The notes under the pieces: model-generated
Database searches by the model: none
What the model saw: the letters and a program-made list of their open reading frames with translations, nothing else
What the model was told of the DNA's origin: nothing
Part shown: piece by piece, positions 13,701 through 26,350 of the stretch
Numbering within the stretch: position 1 is the first letter of the stretch
Layout of the letters: the number at the start of each line of letters is the position of its first letter
Program-made: the position numbers and the translations under genes
From: Nemertoderma westbladi
Taxonomy: Eukaryota > Animalia > Xenacoelomorpha
Length of the DNA stretch: 64,000 nucleotides
NCBI GenBank assembly: GCA_032718475.1
Contig: JAUCBJ010008443.1
Coordinates: 22,643-86,642 of the forward strand
Direction of reading: 5' to 3'

Positions 13701-16700
13701 TGTGCTGGTGGATTCCTTAACAATCTGCGTACATCTCCAACAGTATGTGAGTGAGAATGATGTGTGCTGGTGGTTTCGTTAACAATCTGCTTACATCTCC
13801 AACAGTATGTGAGTGAGAATGATGGGTGCTGGTGGATTCCTTAACAATCTGCGTACATCTCCAACAGTATGTGAGTGAGAATGATGAGTGCTGGACGATT
13901 CCTTAACAATCTGCTTACATCTCCAACAGTATGTGAGTGAGAATGATGGGTGCTGGTGGATTCCTTAACAATCTGCTTACATCTCCAACAGTATGTGAGT
14001 GAGAATGATGAGTGCCGGTGGATTCCTTAACAATCTGCTTACATCTCCAACAGTATGTGAGTGAGAATGATGTGTGCTGGTGGTTTCGTTAACAATCTGC
14101 TTACATCTCCAACAGTATGTGAGTGAGAATGATGTGTGCTGGTGGATTCCTTAACAATCTGCGTACATCTCCAACAGTATGTGAGTGAGAATGATGTGTG
14201 CTGGTGGATTCCTTAACAATCTGCGTACATCTCCAACAGTATGTGAGTGAGAATGATGAGTGCTGGTCGATTCCTTAACAATCTGATTACATCTCCAACA
14301 GTATGTGAGTGAGAATGATGAGTGCTGGTCGATTCCTTAACAATCTGCTTACATCTCCAACAGTATGTGAGTGAGAATGATGTGTGCTGGTGGATTCCTT
14401 AACAATCTGCGTACATCTCCAACAGTATGTGAGTGAGAATGATGTGTGCTGGTGGATTCCTTAACAATCTGCGTACATCTCCAACAGTATGTGAGTGAGA
14501 ATGATGAGTGCCGGTGGATTCCTTAACAATCTGCGTACATCTCCAACAGTATGTGAGTGAGAATGATGTGTGCTGGTGGATTCCTTAACAATCTGCGTAC
14601 ATCTCCAACAGTATGTGAGTGAGAATGATGAGTGCCGGTGGATTCCTTAACAATCTGCTTACATCTCCAACAGTATGTGAGTGAGAATGATGAGTGCTGG
14701 TCGATTCCTTAACAATCTGCTTACATCTCCAACAGCATGTGAGTGAGAAGGATGTGTGCTGGTGGATTCCTTAACAATCTGCTTACATCTCCAACAGTAT
14801 GTGAGTGAGAATGATGGGTGCTGGTGGATTCCTTAACAATCTGCTTACATCTCCAACAGTATGTGAGTGAGAATGATGAGTGCTGGTCGATTCCTTAACA
14901 ATCTGCTTACATCTCCAACAGCATGTGAGTGAGAAGGATGTATGCTGGTGGTTTCGTTAACAATCTGCTTACATCTCCAATAGTATGTGAGTGAGAATGA
15001 TGGGTGCTGGTGGATTCCTTAACAATCTGCTTACATCTCCAACAGTATGTGAGTGAGAATGATGGGTGCTGGTGGATTCCTTAACAATCTGCTTACATCT
15101 CCAACAGTATGTGAGTGAGAATGATGAGTGCTGGTCGATTCCTTAACAATCTGCTTACATATCTAACAGTATGTGAGTGAGAATGATGGGTGGTGGTGGA
15201 TTCCTTAACAGTCTGCTTACTTCTCCAACAGTATGTGAGTGAGAAGGATGGGCGCTGGTGGATTCCTTAACAATCTGCTTACATCTCCAACAGTATGTGA
15301 GTGAGAATGATGAGTGCCGGTGGATTCCTTAACAATCTGCTTACATCTCCAACAGTGTGTGAGTGAGAATGATGAGTGCTGGACGATTCCTTAACAATCT
15401 GCTTACATCTCCAACAGTATGTGAGTGAGAATGATGGGTGCTGGTGGATTCCTTAACAATCTGCTTACATCTCCAACAGTATGTGAGTGAGAATGATGAG
15501 TGCTGGACGATTCCTTAACAATCTGCTTACATCTCCAACAGTATGTGAGTGAGAATGATGAGTGCCGGTGGATTCCTTAACAATCTGCTTACATCTCCAA
15601 CAGTATGTGAGTGAGAATGATGAGTGCTGGACGATTCCTTAACAATCTGCTTACATCTCCAACAGTATGTGAGTGAGAATGATGGGTGCTGGTGGATTCC
15701 TTAACAATCTGCTTACATCTCCAACAGTATGTGAGTGAGAATGATGAGTGCTGGACGATTCCTTAACAATCTGCTTACATCTCCAACAGTATGTGAGTGA
15801 GAATGATGGGTGCTGGTGGATTCCTTAACAATCTGCTTACATCTCCAACAGTATGTGAGTGAGAATGATGAGTGCCGGTGGATTCCTTAACAATCTGCTT
15901 ACATCTCCAACAGTATGTGAGTGAGAATGATGGGTGCTGGTGGATTCCTTAACAATCTGCGTACATCTCCAACAGTATGTGAGTGAGAATGATGTGTGCT
16001 GGTGGTTTCGTTAACAATCTGCTTACATCTCCAACAGTATGTGAGTGAGAATGATGAGTGCCGGTGGATTCCTTAACAATCTGCTTACATCTCCAACAGT
16101 ATGTGAGTGAGAATGATGGGTGCTGGTGGATTCCTTAACAATCTGCGTACATCTCCAACAGTATGTGAGTGAGAATGATGTGTGCTGGTGGTTTCGTTAA
16201 CAATCTGCTTACATCTCCAACAGTATGTGAGTGAGAATGATGTGTGCTGGTGGATTCCTTAACAATCTGCGTACATCTCCAACAGTATGTGAGTGAGAAT
16301 GATGTGTGCTGGTGGTTTCGTTAACAATCTGCTTACATCTCCAACAGTATGTGAGTGAGAATGATGGGTACTGGTGGATTCCTTAACAATCTGCGTACAT
16401 CTCCAACATTATGTGAGTGAGAATGATGAGTGCTGGACGATTCCTTAACAATCTGCTTACATCTCCAACAGTATGTGAGTGAGAATGATGGGTGCTGGTG
16501 GATTCCTTAACAATCTGCTTACATCTCCAACAGTATGTGAGTGAGAATGATGAGTGCCGGTGGATTCCTTAACAATCTGCTTACATCTCCAACAGTATGT
16601 GAGTGAGAATAATGGGTGCTGGTCGATTCCTTAACAATATGCTTACATCTCCAACAGTATGTGAGTGAGAATGATGTGTGCTGGTGGTTTCGTTAACAAT

Positions 16701-19582
16701 CTGCTTACATCTCCAACAGTATGTGAGTGAGAATGATGTGTGCTGGTGGATTCCTTAACAATCTGCGTACATCTCCAACAGTATGTGAGTGAGAATGATG
16801 TGTGCTGGTGGATTCCTTAACAATCTGCGTACATCTCCAACAGTATGTGAGTGAGAATGATGAGTGCTGGTCGATTCCTTAACAATCTGCTTACATCTCC
16901 AACAGTATGTGAGTGAGAATGATGTGTGCTGGTGGATTCCTTAACAATCTGCGTACATCTCCAACAGTATGTGAGTGAGAATGATGAGTGCTGGTCGATT
17001 CCTTAACAATCTGCTTACATCTCCAACAGTATGTGAGTGAGAATGATGTGTGCTGGTGGATTCCTTAACAATCTGCGTACATCTCCAACAGTATGTGAGT
17101 GAGAATGATGTGTGCTGGTGGTTTCGTTAACAATCTGCTTACATCTCCAACAGTATGTGAGTGAGAATGATGGGTACTGGTGGATTCCTTAACAATCTGC
17201 GTACATCTCCAACAGTATGTGAGTGAGAATGATGAGTGCTGGACGATTCCTTAACAATCTGCTTACATCTCCAACAGTATGTGAGTGAGAATGATGGGTG
17301 CTGGTGGATTCCTTAACAATCTGCTTACATCTCCAACAGTATGTGAGTGAGAATGATGAGTGCCGGTGGATTCCTTAACAATCTGCTTACATCTCCAACA
17401 GTATGTGAGTGAGAATAATGGGTGCTGGTCGATTCCTTAACAATATGCTTACATCTCCAACAGTATGTGAGTGAGAATGATGTGTGCTGGTGGTTTCGTT
17501 AACAATCTGCTTACATCTCCAACAGTATGTGAGTGAGAATGATGTGTGCTGGTGGATTCCTTAACAATCTGCGTACATCTCCAACAGTATGTGAGTGAGA
17601 ATGATGTGTGCTGGTGGATTCCTTAACAATCTGCGTACATCTCCAACAGTATGTGAGTGAGAATGATGAGTGCTGGTCGATTCCTTAACAATCTGCTTAC
17701 ATCTCCAACAGTATGTGAGTGAGAATGATGAGTGCTGGTGGATTCCTTAACAATCTGCTTACATCTCCAACAGTATGTGAGTGAGAATGATGAGTGCTGG
17801 TCGATTCCTTAACAATCTGCTTACATCTCCAACAGTATGTGAGTGAGAATGATGTGTGCTGGTGGATTCCTTAACAATCTGCGTACATCTCCAACAGTAT
17901 GTGAGTGAGAATGATGAGTGCTGGTCGATTCCTTAACAATCTGCTTACATCTCCAACAGTATGTGAGTGAGAATGATTTGTGCTGGTGGATTCCTTAACA
18001 ATCTGCGTACATCTCCAACAGTATGTGAGTGAGAATGATGTGTGCTGGTGGATTCCTTAACAATCTGCGTACATCTCCAACAGTATGTGAGTGAGAATGA
18101 TGAGTGCCGGTGGATTCCTTAACAATCTGCTTACATCTCCAACAGTATGTGAGTGAGAATGATGTGTGCTGGTGGATTCCTTAACAATCTGCGTACATCT
18201 CCAACAGTATGTGAGTGAGAATGATGAGTGCTGGTCGATTCCTTAACAATCTGCTTACATCTCCAACAGCATGTGAGTGAGAATGATGTGTGCTGGTGGT
18301 TTCGTTAACAATCTGCTTACATCTCCAATAGTATGTGAGTGAGAATGATGGGTGCTGGTGGATTCCTTAACAATCTGCTTACATCTCCAACAGTATGTGA
18401 GTGAGAATGATGGGTGCTGGTGGATTCCTTAACAATCTGCTTACATCTCCAACAGTATGTGAGTGAGAATGATGAGTGCTGGTCGATTCCTTAACAATCT
18501 GCTTACATATCTAACAGTATGTGAGTGAGAATGATGGGTGCTGGTGGATTCCTTAACAATCTGCTTACATCTCCAACAGTATGTGAGTGAGAATGATGGG
18601 TGCTGGTGGATTCCTTAACAATCTGCTTACATATCTAACAGTATGTGAGTGAGAATGATGGCTGCTGGTGGATTCCTTAATAATCTGCTTACATCTCCAA
18701 CAGTATGTGAGTGAGAATGATGGGTGCTGGTGGATTCCTTAACAATCTGCTTACATATCTAACAGTATGTGAGTGAGAATGATGGGTGCTGGTGGATTCC
18801 TTAATAATCTGCTTAAATCTCCAACAGTATGTGAGTGAGAATGATGGGTGCTGGTGGATTCCTTAACAATCTGCTTACATATCTAACAGTATGTGAGTGA
18901 GAATGATGAGTGCTGGTGGATTCCTTAATAATCTGCTTACATCTCCAACAGTATGTGAGTGGGAATGATGAGTGCTGGTGGATTCCTTAACAATCTGCTT
19001 ACATATCTAACAGTATGTGAGTGAGAATGATGGGTGCTGGTGGATTCCTTAATAATCTGCTTAAATCTCCAACAGTATGTGAGTGAGAATGATGGGTGCT
19101 GGTGGATTCCTTAACAATCTGCTTACATATCTAACAGTATGTGAGTGAGAATGATGAGTGCTGGTGGATTCCTTAATAATCTGCTTACATCTCCAACAGT
19201 ATGTGAGTGAGAATGATGGGTGCTGGTGGATTCCTTAACAATCTGCTTACATCTCCAACAGTATGTGAGTGAGAATGATGGGTGCTGGTGGATTCCTTAA
19301 TAATCTGCTTAAATCTCCAACAGTATGTGAGTGAGAATGATGGGTGCTGGTGGATTCCTTAACAATCTGCGTACATCTCCAACAGTATGTGAGTGAGAAT
19401 GATGAGTGCTGGTGGATTCCTTAATAATCTTCTTACATCTCCAACAGTATGTGAGTGAGAATGATGGGAGTTGGTGGATTCCTTAACACTAACGGCCTAT
19501 TGATCCGAAACCGGGTCTGCGAGGGCGTTCATTCTGAAATGAATAATATTGACTTGTACAAAGTTTCTTGGTTATTTTCCAG

Positions 19583-19735
19583 GACAGCATTAATGCTGAA
19601 ACAGTTGAATTGATGGCTCCATATTTGGAAGCTGAAGATTACAACATGGAAACAGCCAAGAAAGTCTCAGGCAATGTCGCCGGATTGGCAAATTGGTCCA
19701 TTGCTATGGCCTTCTTTTATGGAATCAATAAAGAG
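19583..19735 (+). CDS. DNAH5: Axonemal dynein heavy chain (DNAH5/8-like) exon, microtubule-binding domain region
   Basis: ttttccag|GAC...GAG|gttagc; 153 nt, phase 0; [51 protein letters not shown] matches recalled DNAH5 [51 protein letters not shown]. DNAH5 and DNAH8 cannot be distinguished. Confidence 0.92.
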
Positions 19736-19899
19736 GTTAGCCTTAATTTTTCAGTATCAATAGTGTGCAGAAGCTAATGCTTTCACTTAATACGATTGCT
19801 ATCATCTACGCTGATGCAATGGGGGATTTAACGAGGTCCCACAGGGGAATCGAAATCGTAATAGAGTCAAAATTACTAGAACAATTTGGTAGAATGTTG

Positions 19900-20405
19900 A
19901 AACCATATTATTAAAAATAATAAGCTTACAATGCAAAAACGGAGGTTTCGTTATTCTAATAACATCTTCAGCGCAAAATTAACTCTATAATAATGTAGTG
20001 TAATAAACATACCTAACATACATAACAAGAATAATACAATTCAAATTACCCGCCATATTTCCTGCAAATAGATACTGTAAGCTCAATAAAAAAATAAAGG
20101 GAAAGAATTTTCTTGGATGTTCAAAGTGGGTCTGTACTTCCGAATAAGAATACTTTCTTTAATAAGGATGTCATAGCTATTGGATGCACGGGAGAAAATT
20201 GTAAGGTCATCATAATTAAAACTATGCTCCATTTCACGTGCGTGTTCTACTACAGATGAGTGTTTTTGCTTAACAGGTTTTCCCGTGCGGGGTGATAACC
20301 CCAGATGCTCACACACCCTGACCTTATAGTGTCGTACCGATTTGCCAATATATGTGGCCGCACAGCCACTACACTTAAATTTATAAATGGTCAAGGGGCG
20401 GAGTT
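19900..20405 (-). mobile_element. Penelope-like element 3' fragment (GIY-YIG endonuclease)
   Basis: ORF 20083-20463(-): IYKFKCSGCAATYIGKSVRH...RVCEH...KESILIRKYRPTLN, a typical PLE GIY-YIG C-terminus. Boundaries approximate. Confidence 0.85.
19931..19978 (-). ncRNA. Hammerhead-ribozyme-like motif (minimal type I, probably degenerate) downstream of the Penelope ORF
   Basis: Minus strand reads CTGAAGA-T-GTTATT-AG-AATAAC-GAAAC-CTCC-GTT: core boxes, a 6-bp stem II and a tiny stem III. Stem I pairing is poor. Confidence 0.5.
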
Positions 20406-20419
20406 CTGTGGGAAGTTTA

Positions 20420-21260
20420 TCGAGACGGCCACAAAGGGTGAAGATCTGGGATTCACACTTCAAGAACGCAGAAGTGGTAGATATCCGGTAAATACAGTCA
20501 CAGACACCGACTTTGCGGATGACATCGCCCTGCTCTCTAATACACTAGCAGATGAACAGCTTATACTAAATAAAGTGGAGAGGGCTGCTAAGGAGGTTGG
20601 ATTGCATATAAATGCTACCAAGACCGAATTCATGACTTTTAATGTTGATGGAAACTTGACAACCATTGATAATAATCAACTAAGGAAGGTCGATGACTTC
20701 CAGTACCTAGGATCATGGATAGAGAATAGCAAAAAGGACATAGAAGTTAGGAAAGCAAAGGCTTGGGTAGCTCTATCAAAAATAGATACCCTCTGGAAAT
20801 CAGATCTCTCCAGGCACCTGAAGACTAAGTTCTTTCGAGCCACAGTGGAAACCGTACTTTTATACGGGGGTGAGACCTGGACACTGACTAAATCACTTGA
20901 ACAACGAATTGATGGTTGCTACACAAGACTACTAAGGGCAGCCCTAAACACCAGCTGGAGACAACACATAACAAACGCCGAGCTTTATGGTACAATACCA
21001 CCTGTATCAACCACCCTCCGTGAACGCAGATTAAGTTTAGTGGGCACTGCTGGCGAAGTAAAGACGAGGTCATACCAGATCTACTTCTCTGGCAACCAAC
21101 TCATGGAAAGCGTAGTCGTGGACGACCGGCCATAACATATATAGATCAACTTGAAAGGGATACTGAACTTGGGAGAAACGAAATTGCGACAACTATGGAG
21201 AATCGGGAAGCCTGGAAGGATCTCATTTCCACTGTCCGAGTTCGCTCGACCTAGTAGTCC
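20420..21260 (+). mobile_element. 5'-truncated RTE-clade LINE of a second family, degenerate
   Basis: DTDFADDIALL, DFQYLGSW, KAKAWVAL, VLLYGGETW; frameshift near 21040; 3' end CTCGACCTAGTAGT. Confidence 0.85.
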
Positions 21261-21314
21261 ATGTAGTCCCTCTCGCTCGACCTAGTAGTCCCTGTAGTCC
21301 CTCTCGCTCGACCT
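21242..21314 (+). repeat. 31-bp tandem repeat (~2.4 copies) covering the RTE 3' end and tail
   Basis: TCGCTCGACC recurs at 21242, 21273 and 21304. Confidence 0.85.
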
Positions 21315-21456
21315 TGTAATAACACACATTCAAGGCTTTTCTTTAACTGCTTCTTTCGACTCCCTGTATCAACATACTATAGTAAATAGGTTTTTCAATA
21401 AAATAGTACGGTAATTTGACTGCTGACAACGGCAGTCGCAATATTTTGCCTGCAGT

Positions 21457-23259
21457 GTTAAATCTGTAGCCAAAATATCCTCCCTCCCCCAAGCACCAAC
21501 CCCTTGCTGTGCGTTAAATCTGTAGCCAAAATATCCTCCCTCCCCCAAGCACCAACCCCTTGCTGTGCGTTAAATCTGTAGGCAAAATATCCTCCCTCCC
21601 CCAAGCACCAACCCCTTGCTGTGCGTTAAATCTGTAGCCAAAATATCCTCCCTCCCCCAAGCACCAACCCCTTGCTGTGCGTTAAATCTGTAGCCAAAAT
21701 ATCCTCCCTCCCCCAAGCACCAACCCCTTGCTGTGCGTTAAATCTGTAGCCAAAATATCCTCCCTCCCCCAAGCACCAACCCCTTGCTGTGCGTTAAATC
21801 TGTAGCCAAAATATCCTCCCTCCCCCAACCACCAACCCCTTGCTGTGCGTTAAATCTGTAGCCAAAATATCCTCCCTCCCCCAAGCACCAAACCCTTGCT
21901 GTGCGTTAAATCTGTAGCCAAAATATCCTCCCTCCCCCAAGCACCAACCCCTTGCTGTGCGTTAAATCTGTAGCCAAAATATCCTCCCTCCCCCAAGCAC
22001 CAACCCCTTGCTGTGCGTTAAATCTGTAGCCAAAATATCCTCCCTCCCCCAAGCACCAACCCCTTGCTGTGCGTTAAATCTGTAGCCAAAATATCCTCCC
22101 TCCCCCAAGCACCAACCCCTTGCTGTGCGTTAAATCTGTAGCCAAAATATCCTCCCTCCCCCAAGCACCAACCCCTTGCTGTGCGTTAAATCTGTAGCCA
22201 AAATATCCTCCCTCCCCCAAGCACCAACCCCTTGCTGTGCGTTAAATCTGTAGCCAAAATATCCTCCCTCCCCCAAGCACCAACCCCTTGCTGTGCGTTA
22301 AATCTGTAGCCAAAATATCCTCCCTCCCCCAAGCACCAACCCCTTGCTGTGCGTTAAATCTGTAGCCAAAATATCCTCCCTCCCCCAAGCACCAACCCCT
22401 TGCTGTGCGTTAAATCTGTAGCCAAAATATCCTCCCTCCCCCAAGCACCAACCCCTTGCTGTGCGTTAAATCTGTAGCCAAAATATCCTCCCTCCCCCAA
22501 GCACCAACCCCTTGCTGTGCGTTAAATCTGTAGCCAAAATATCCTCCCTCCCCCAAGCACCAACCCCTTGCTCTGCGTTAAATCTGTAGCCAAAATATCC
22601 TCCCTCCCCCAAGCACCAACCCCTTGCTCTGCGTTAAATCTGTAGCCAAAATATCCTCCCTCCCCCAAGCACCAACCCCTTGCTGTGCGTTAAATCTGTA
22701 GCCAAAATATCCTCCCTCCCCCAAGCACCAACCCCTTGCTGTGCGTTAAATCTGTAGCCAAAATATCCTCCCTCCCCCAACCACCAACCCATTGCTGTGC
22801 GTTAAATCTGTAGCCAAAATATCCTCCCTCCCCCAAGCACCAACCCCTTGCTGTGCGTTAAATCTGTAGCCAAAATATCCTCCCTCCCCCAACCACCAAC
22901 CCATTGCTGTGCGTTAAATCTGTAGCCAAAATATCCTCCCTCCCCCAAGCACCAACCCCTTGCTGTGCGTTAAATCTGTAGCCAAAATATCCTCCCTCCC
23001 CCAAGTACCAACCCCTTGCTGTGCGTTAAATCTGTAGCCAAAATATCCTCCCTCCCCCAAGCACCAACCAACCCCTTGCTGTGCGTTAAATCTGTAGCCA
23101 AAATATCCTCCCTCCCCCAACCACCAACCCATTGCTGTGCGTTAAATCTGTAGCCAAAATATCCTCCCTCCCCCAAGCACCAACCCCTTGCTGTGCGTTA
23201 AATCTGTAGCCAAAATATCCTCCCTCCCCCAAGCACCAACCAACCCCTTGCTGTGCGTT
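21457..23259 (+). repeat. 56-bp minisatellite (~32 units) running into the PHD-coding part of a CR1/L2 element
   Basis: Unit GCGTTAAATCTGTAGCCAAAATATCCTCCCTCCCCCAAGCACCAACCCCTTGCTGT; two units near the right end are 60 bp (extra CAAC). Confidence 0.97.
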
Positions 23260-26200
23260 TGCTTTACAGCTTTCAATGTAACTGACCCCCATTTTAAATG
23301 CGGCCTATGCCAATCAATATTTCACCTGCCGTGTGGCTCACACTTAAGGACACACGATTTATCAAATCAAACTAGTCTAAATGAACTATGCATTTTTTGT
23401 AAAACCGAAACTTTTCCTTTTTATAATATTAATAATGATGATGAAGATATTTTTCCCCAAATTTCACACCAACTGTACCACCTAACGAATTTTTGTTCTT
23501 AAACCAAATATTATCTAAAATTTATCCGGACCAAAACTTAACCAAAATAGCTTTTGACAAAGGACCGCTCCAATTCCCCCACAACCTCAAACAAAAAGTC
23601 ATTTTCAGTCTTTTACTTAAACTGCTGCAGCCTACCTTTTAATTTTGATTCGATTGACACCTTTCTCCAAACTCCAAATTTTAAATTTGACATACTAACC
23701 TTTACCGTGACCTTTTTAATGCCGATTCCCCATTAGGTCTTTTTAAATTTGATGGTTATCATGATAAACCAATTCTTTGCAATAGGCAGACTGGAAATAC
23801 CAGACGCGGTGGTACTGGACGCGGTGGTACTGGACGCGGTGGTACTGGACGCGGTGGTACTGGACGCGGTGGTACTGGACGCGGTGGTACTGGACGCGGT
23901 GGTACTGGACGCGGTGGTACTGGACGTGGTGGTACTGGACGTGGTGGTACTGGACGCGGTGGTACTGGACGCGGTGGTACTGGGCGTGGTGGTACTGGAC
24001 GCGGTGGTACTGGACGCGGTGGTACTGGATGTGGTAGTACTGGACGCGGTGGTACTGGACGCGGTGGTACTGGACGCGGTGGTACTGGATGTGGTGGTAC
24101 TGGACGCGGTGGTACTGGACGTGGTGGTACTGGACGTGGTGGTACTGGACGCGGTGGTACTGGACGCGGTGGTACTGGATGTGGTGGTACTGGACGCGGT
24201 GGTACTGGACGCGGTGGTACTGAACGTGGCGGTACTGGACGCGGTGGTACTGGACGCGGTGGTACTGGACGCGGTGGTACTGGACGTGGCGGTACTGGAC
24301 GCGGTGGTACTGGACGTGGTGGTACTGGACGTGGTGGTACTGGACGCGGTGGTACTGGACGCGGTGGTACTGGATGTGGTGGTACTGGACGCGGTGGTAC
24401 TGGACGCGGTGGTACTGAACGTGGCGGTACTGGACGCGGTGGTACTGGACGCGGTGGTACTGGACGCGGTGGTACTGGACGTGGCGGTACTGGACGCGGT
24501 GGTACTGGACGCGGTAGTACTGGATGTGGTGGTACTGGACGCGGTGGTACTGGACGCGGTGGTACTGGACGTGGTGGTACTGGACGTGGTGGTACTGGAC
24601 GCGGTGGTACTGGACGCGGTGGTACTGGATGTGGTGGTACTGGACGCGGTGGTACTGGACGCGGTGGTACTGGACGCGGTGGTACTGGATGTGGTGGTAC
24701 TGGACGCGGTGGTACTGGACGCGGTGGTACTGGACGTGGCGGTACTGGACGCGGTGGTACTGGACTCGGTGGTACTGCTATTTATGTTAGCTACTCATTG
24801 GAAATGGCCGAATGTCCCGAGTTCCAGATTGCAGGCCTTGAAAATTCTGGGGTTAAAATCGCCAGACCTGGATTCAAATATATTACAAAAGGCACAATTT
24901 ACCGCACCGATGCTATTTCACCAGCTGACTTCAAAATTTTACTTAACTCTACACTTAACAAACTTACAAACAAAAACTTAGATACTATTATTACTGGAGA
25001 TATTAATATTGACTTACTGAAAATTAAAAACACACAGAAAGATTACATTAACTTACTACTGTAAATTCTTACGGTTTTATACAAATACTCAATCACCCAA
25101 CTCGAATTGATCCTAAACATAATTCTGAAACACTTCTCGACCATATAATCACAAACATCAACTCCTCTGTCTCTAATGCGGGCTCATTCAATTGTAAAAT
25201 TGGAAACTCCGACCACCAAGCCACCTTCATAGTTATACAAAAGTCTAATTGTATTTTTAACGAACACAAACCACGCACTACCTTTGACTTTTCTAAATTT
25301 AGTGAACGCGCCTTTCTTCTTCATTAAGACAGACACTATCTGGACTTACACCGACAATGCTATACCTCCCCGCACTAAATTCGACACTTTTCACAAAGAC
25401 CTCACAAGAATTTGTACATCACATTTACCGACGAAACCGCTTACTCATAAGACTCGACCCCTTAAACCGTGGCTATCTGAAAACTTACTAAAATCTATTC
25501 GGACAAAGGACAAACTATACCGTAACTACCTGAAAAACCGAACCGACACTAACCGACAACTCTTTACGTCATACCGCAACCGTTTAACTTCCACTCTTAG
25601 GGCCGCGGAAAAAACTTTTTTCCCAACAATTTGACCTCCAATAACATCCGCAAGACTTGGTCCATTATTAATTCCGCCCTGCACAAATCGTCTTCCAAAT
25701 GTTCCCCTAAAAAATTGATTAGTAAAACAAACAATGAAACTCAAATCATTTCAGATCCTAAAGAAATAGCTGAAAAATTTAACAGTCACTTTGCAACCGT
25801 TGGATCGTCATTACAGAACACGCTACCCCACAGGCCTACTTCCTCCCCCTTCGTCATATTTCTCACACTCGCGCGAATTCCTTTTGCCTCTCTGAAACCT
25901 CTCAAATTGAGATCCAATACAAAATTCTCAACCTGAAATTAAATTATAGCTCCAATGACCCCTTTCCACTAAAACTCATAAGACTGGCCGCTGAACCTCT
26001 TTCTTACCTTTTATACAATCTTTTTAATCTTTCTATTGTCCACGGTTTCTTTCCGGATTCCTTAAAAACTGCCAAAGTGATTCCTATTTACAAATCCGAT
26101 GATATAACTGATCCCAACAATTACCGCCCCATATCTCTCTTACCTATTATCAGTAAAATTCTAGAACAAATTCTTAACGACCAATTGCAAACCTACCTTG

Positions 26201-26345
26201 CAAAATACAACATTATTTCCTCATCTCAATATGGTTTCCGCAATAAGACTTCTACTTCGCACGCCTTACTCTCCATCACTAAAAAATTATATGCCATGCT
26301 TTATTCCCACCAATCAATTTGTGCCGTATATATTGATTCCCACCA
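23200..26345 (+). mobile_element. Degenerate CR1/L2-group LINE (PHD finger, APE, N-terminal RT), cut off at the RTE insertion
   Basis: CVCF...CGLCQSIFHLPC...CIFC...FPF; RGGT..AIYV; ITGDINIDLL; PTR...LDHI...SDH; KPWL; KTWSIIN; FNSHFATVG; NYRPISLLPIISKILE; QYGFR; many stops and frameshifts. Confidence 0.85.
23803..24777 (+). repeat. 15-bp minisatellite (~65 units) expanded in frame inside the LINE endonuclease
   Basis: (GACGCGGTGGTACTG)n; the flanks read CNRQTGNTRRGGT-(GRGGT)n-AIYVS. Confidence 0.97.
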
Positions 26346-26350
26346 ATCAA

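Larger units (their letters stand above)
1..19488 (+). repeat. 62-bp satellite array (~250 units, open at the window start, interrupted by an RTE at 960-4714), probably derived from a dynein exon end plus splice donor
   Basis: Unit ATGATGAGTGCTGGTGGATTCCTTAACAATCTGCTTACATCTCCAACA-GTATGTGAGTGAGA repeats with period 62. The last partial unit ends at ...TTCCTTAACA (19488). Confidence 0.98.

Noticed and set aside
1-19488. CRISPR-like regular repeats (also 40951-52004 and 21457-23259)
   Set aside because: Head-to-tail units with no unique spacers, no cas genes, and a spliceosomal eukaryotic context.
4715-19488. U12-type (minor) introns suggested by TTCCTTAAC in every unit
   Set aside because: No RTATCCTT donor is present, and the motif is explained by Phe-Leu-Asn codons.
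23749-24981. DAVVL-repeat protein, and likewise the TAV/poly-Leu ORFs at 52404-53605 and the ORFs at 29488-30241
   Set aside because: Translations of minisatellites.
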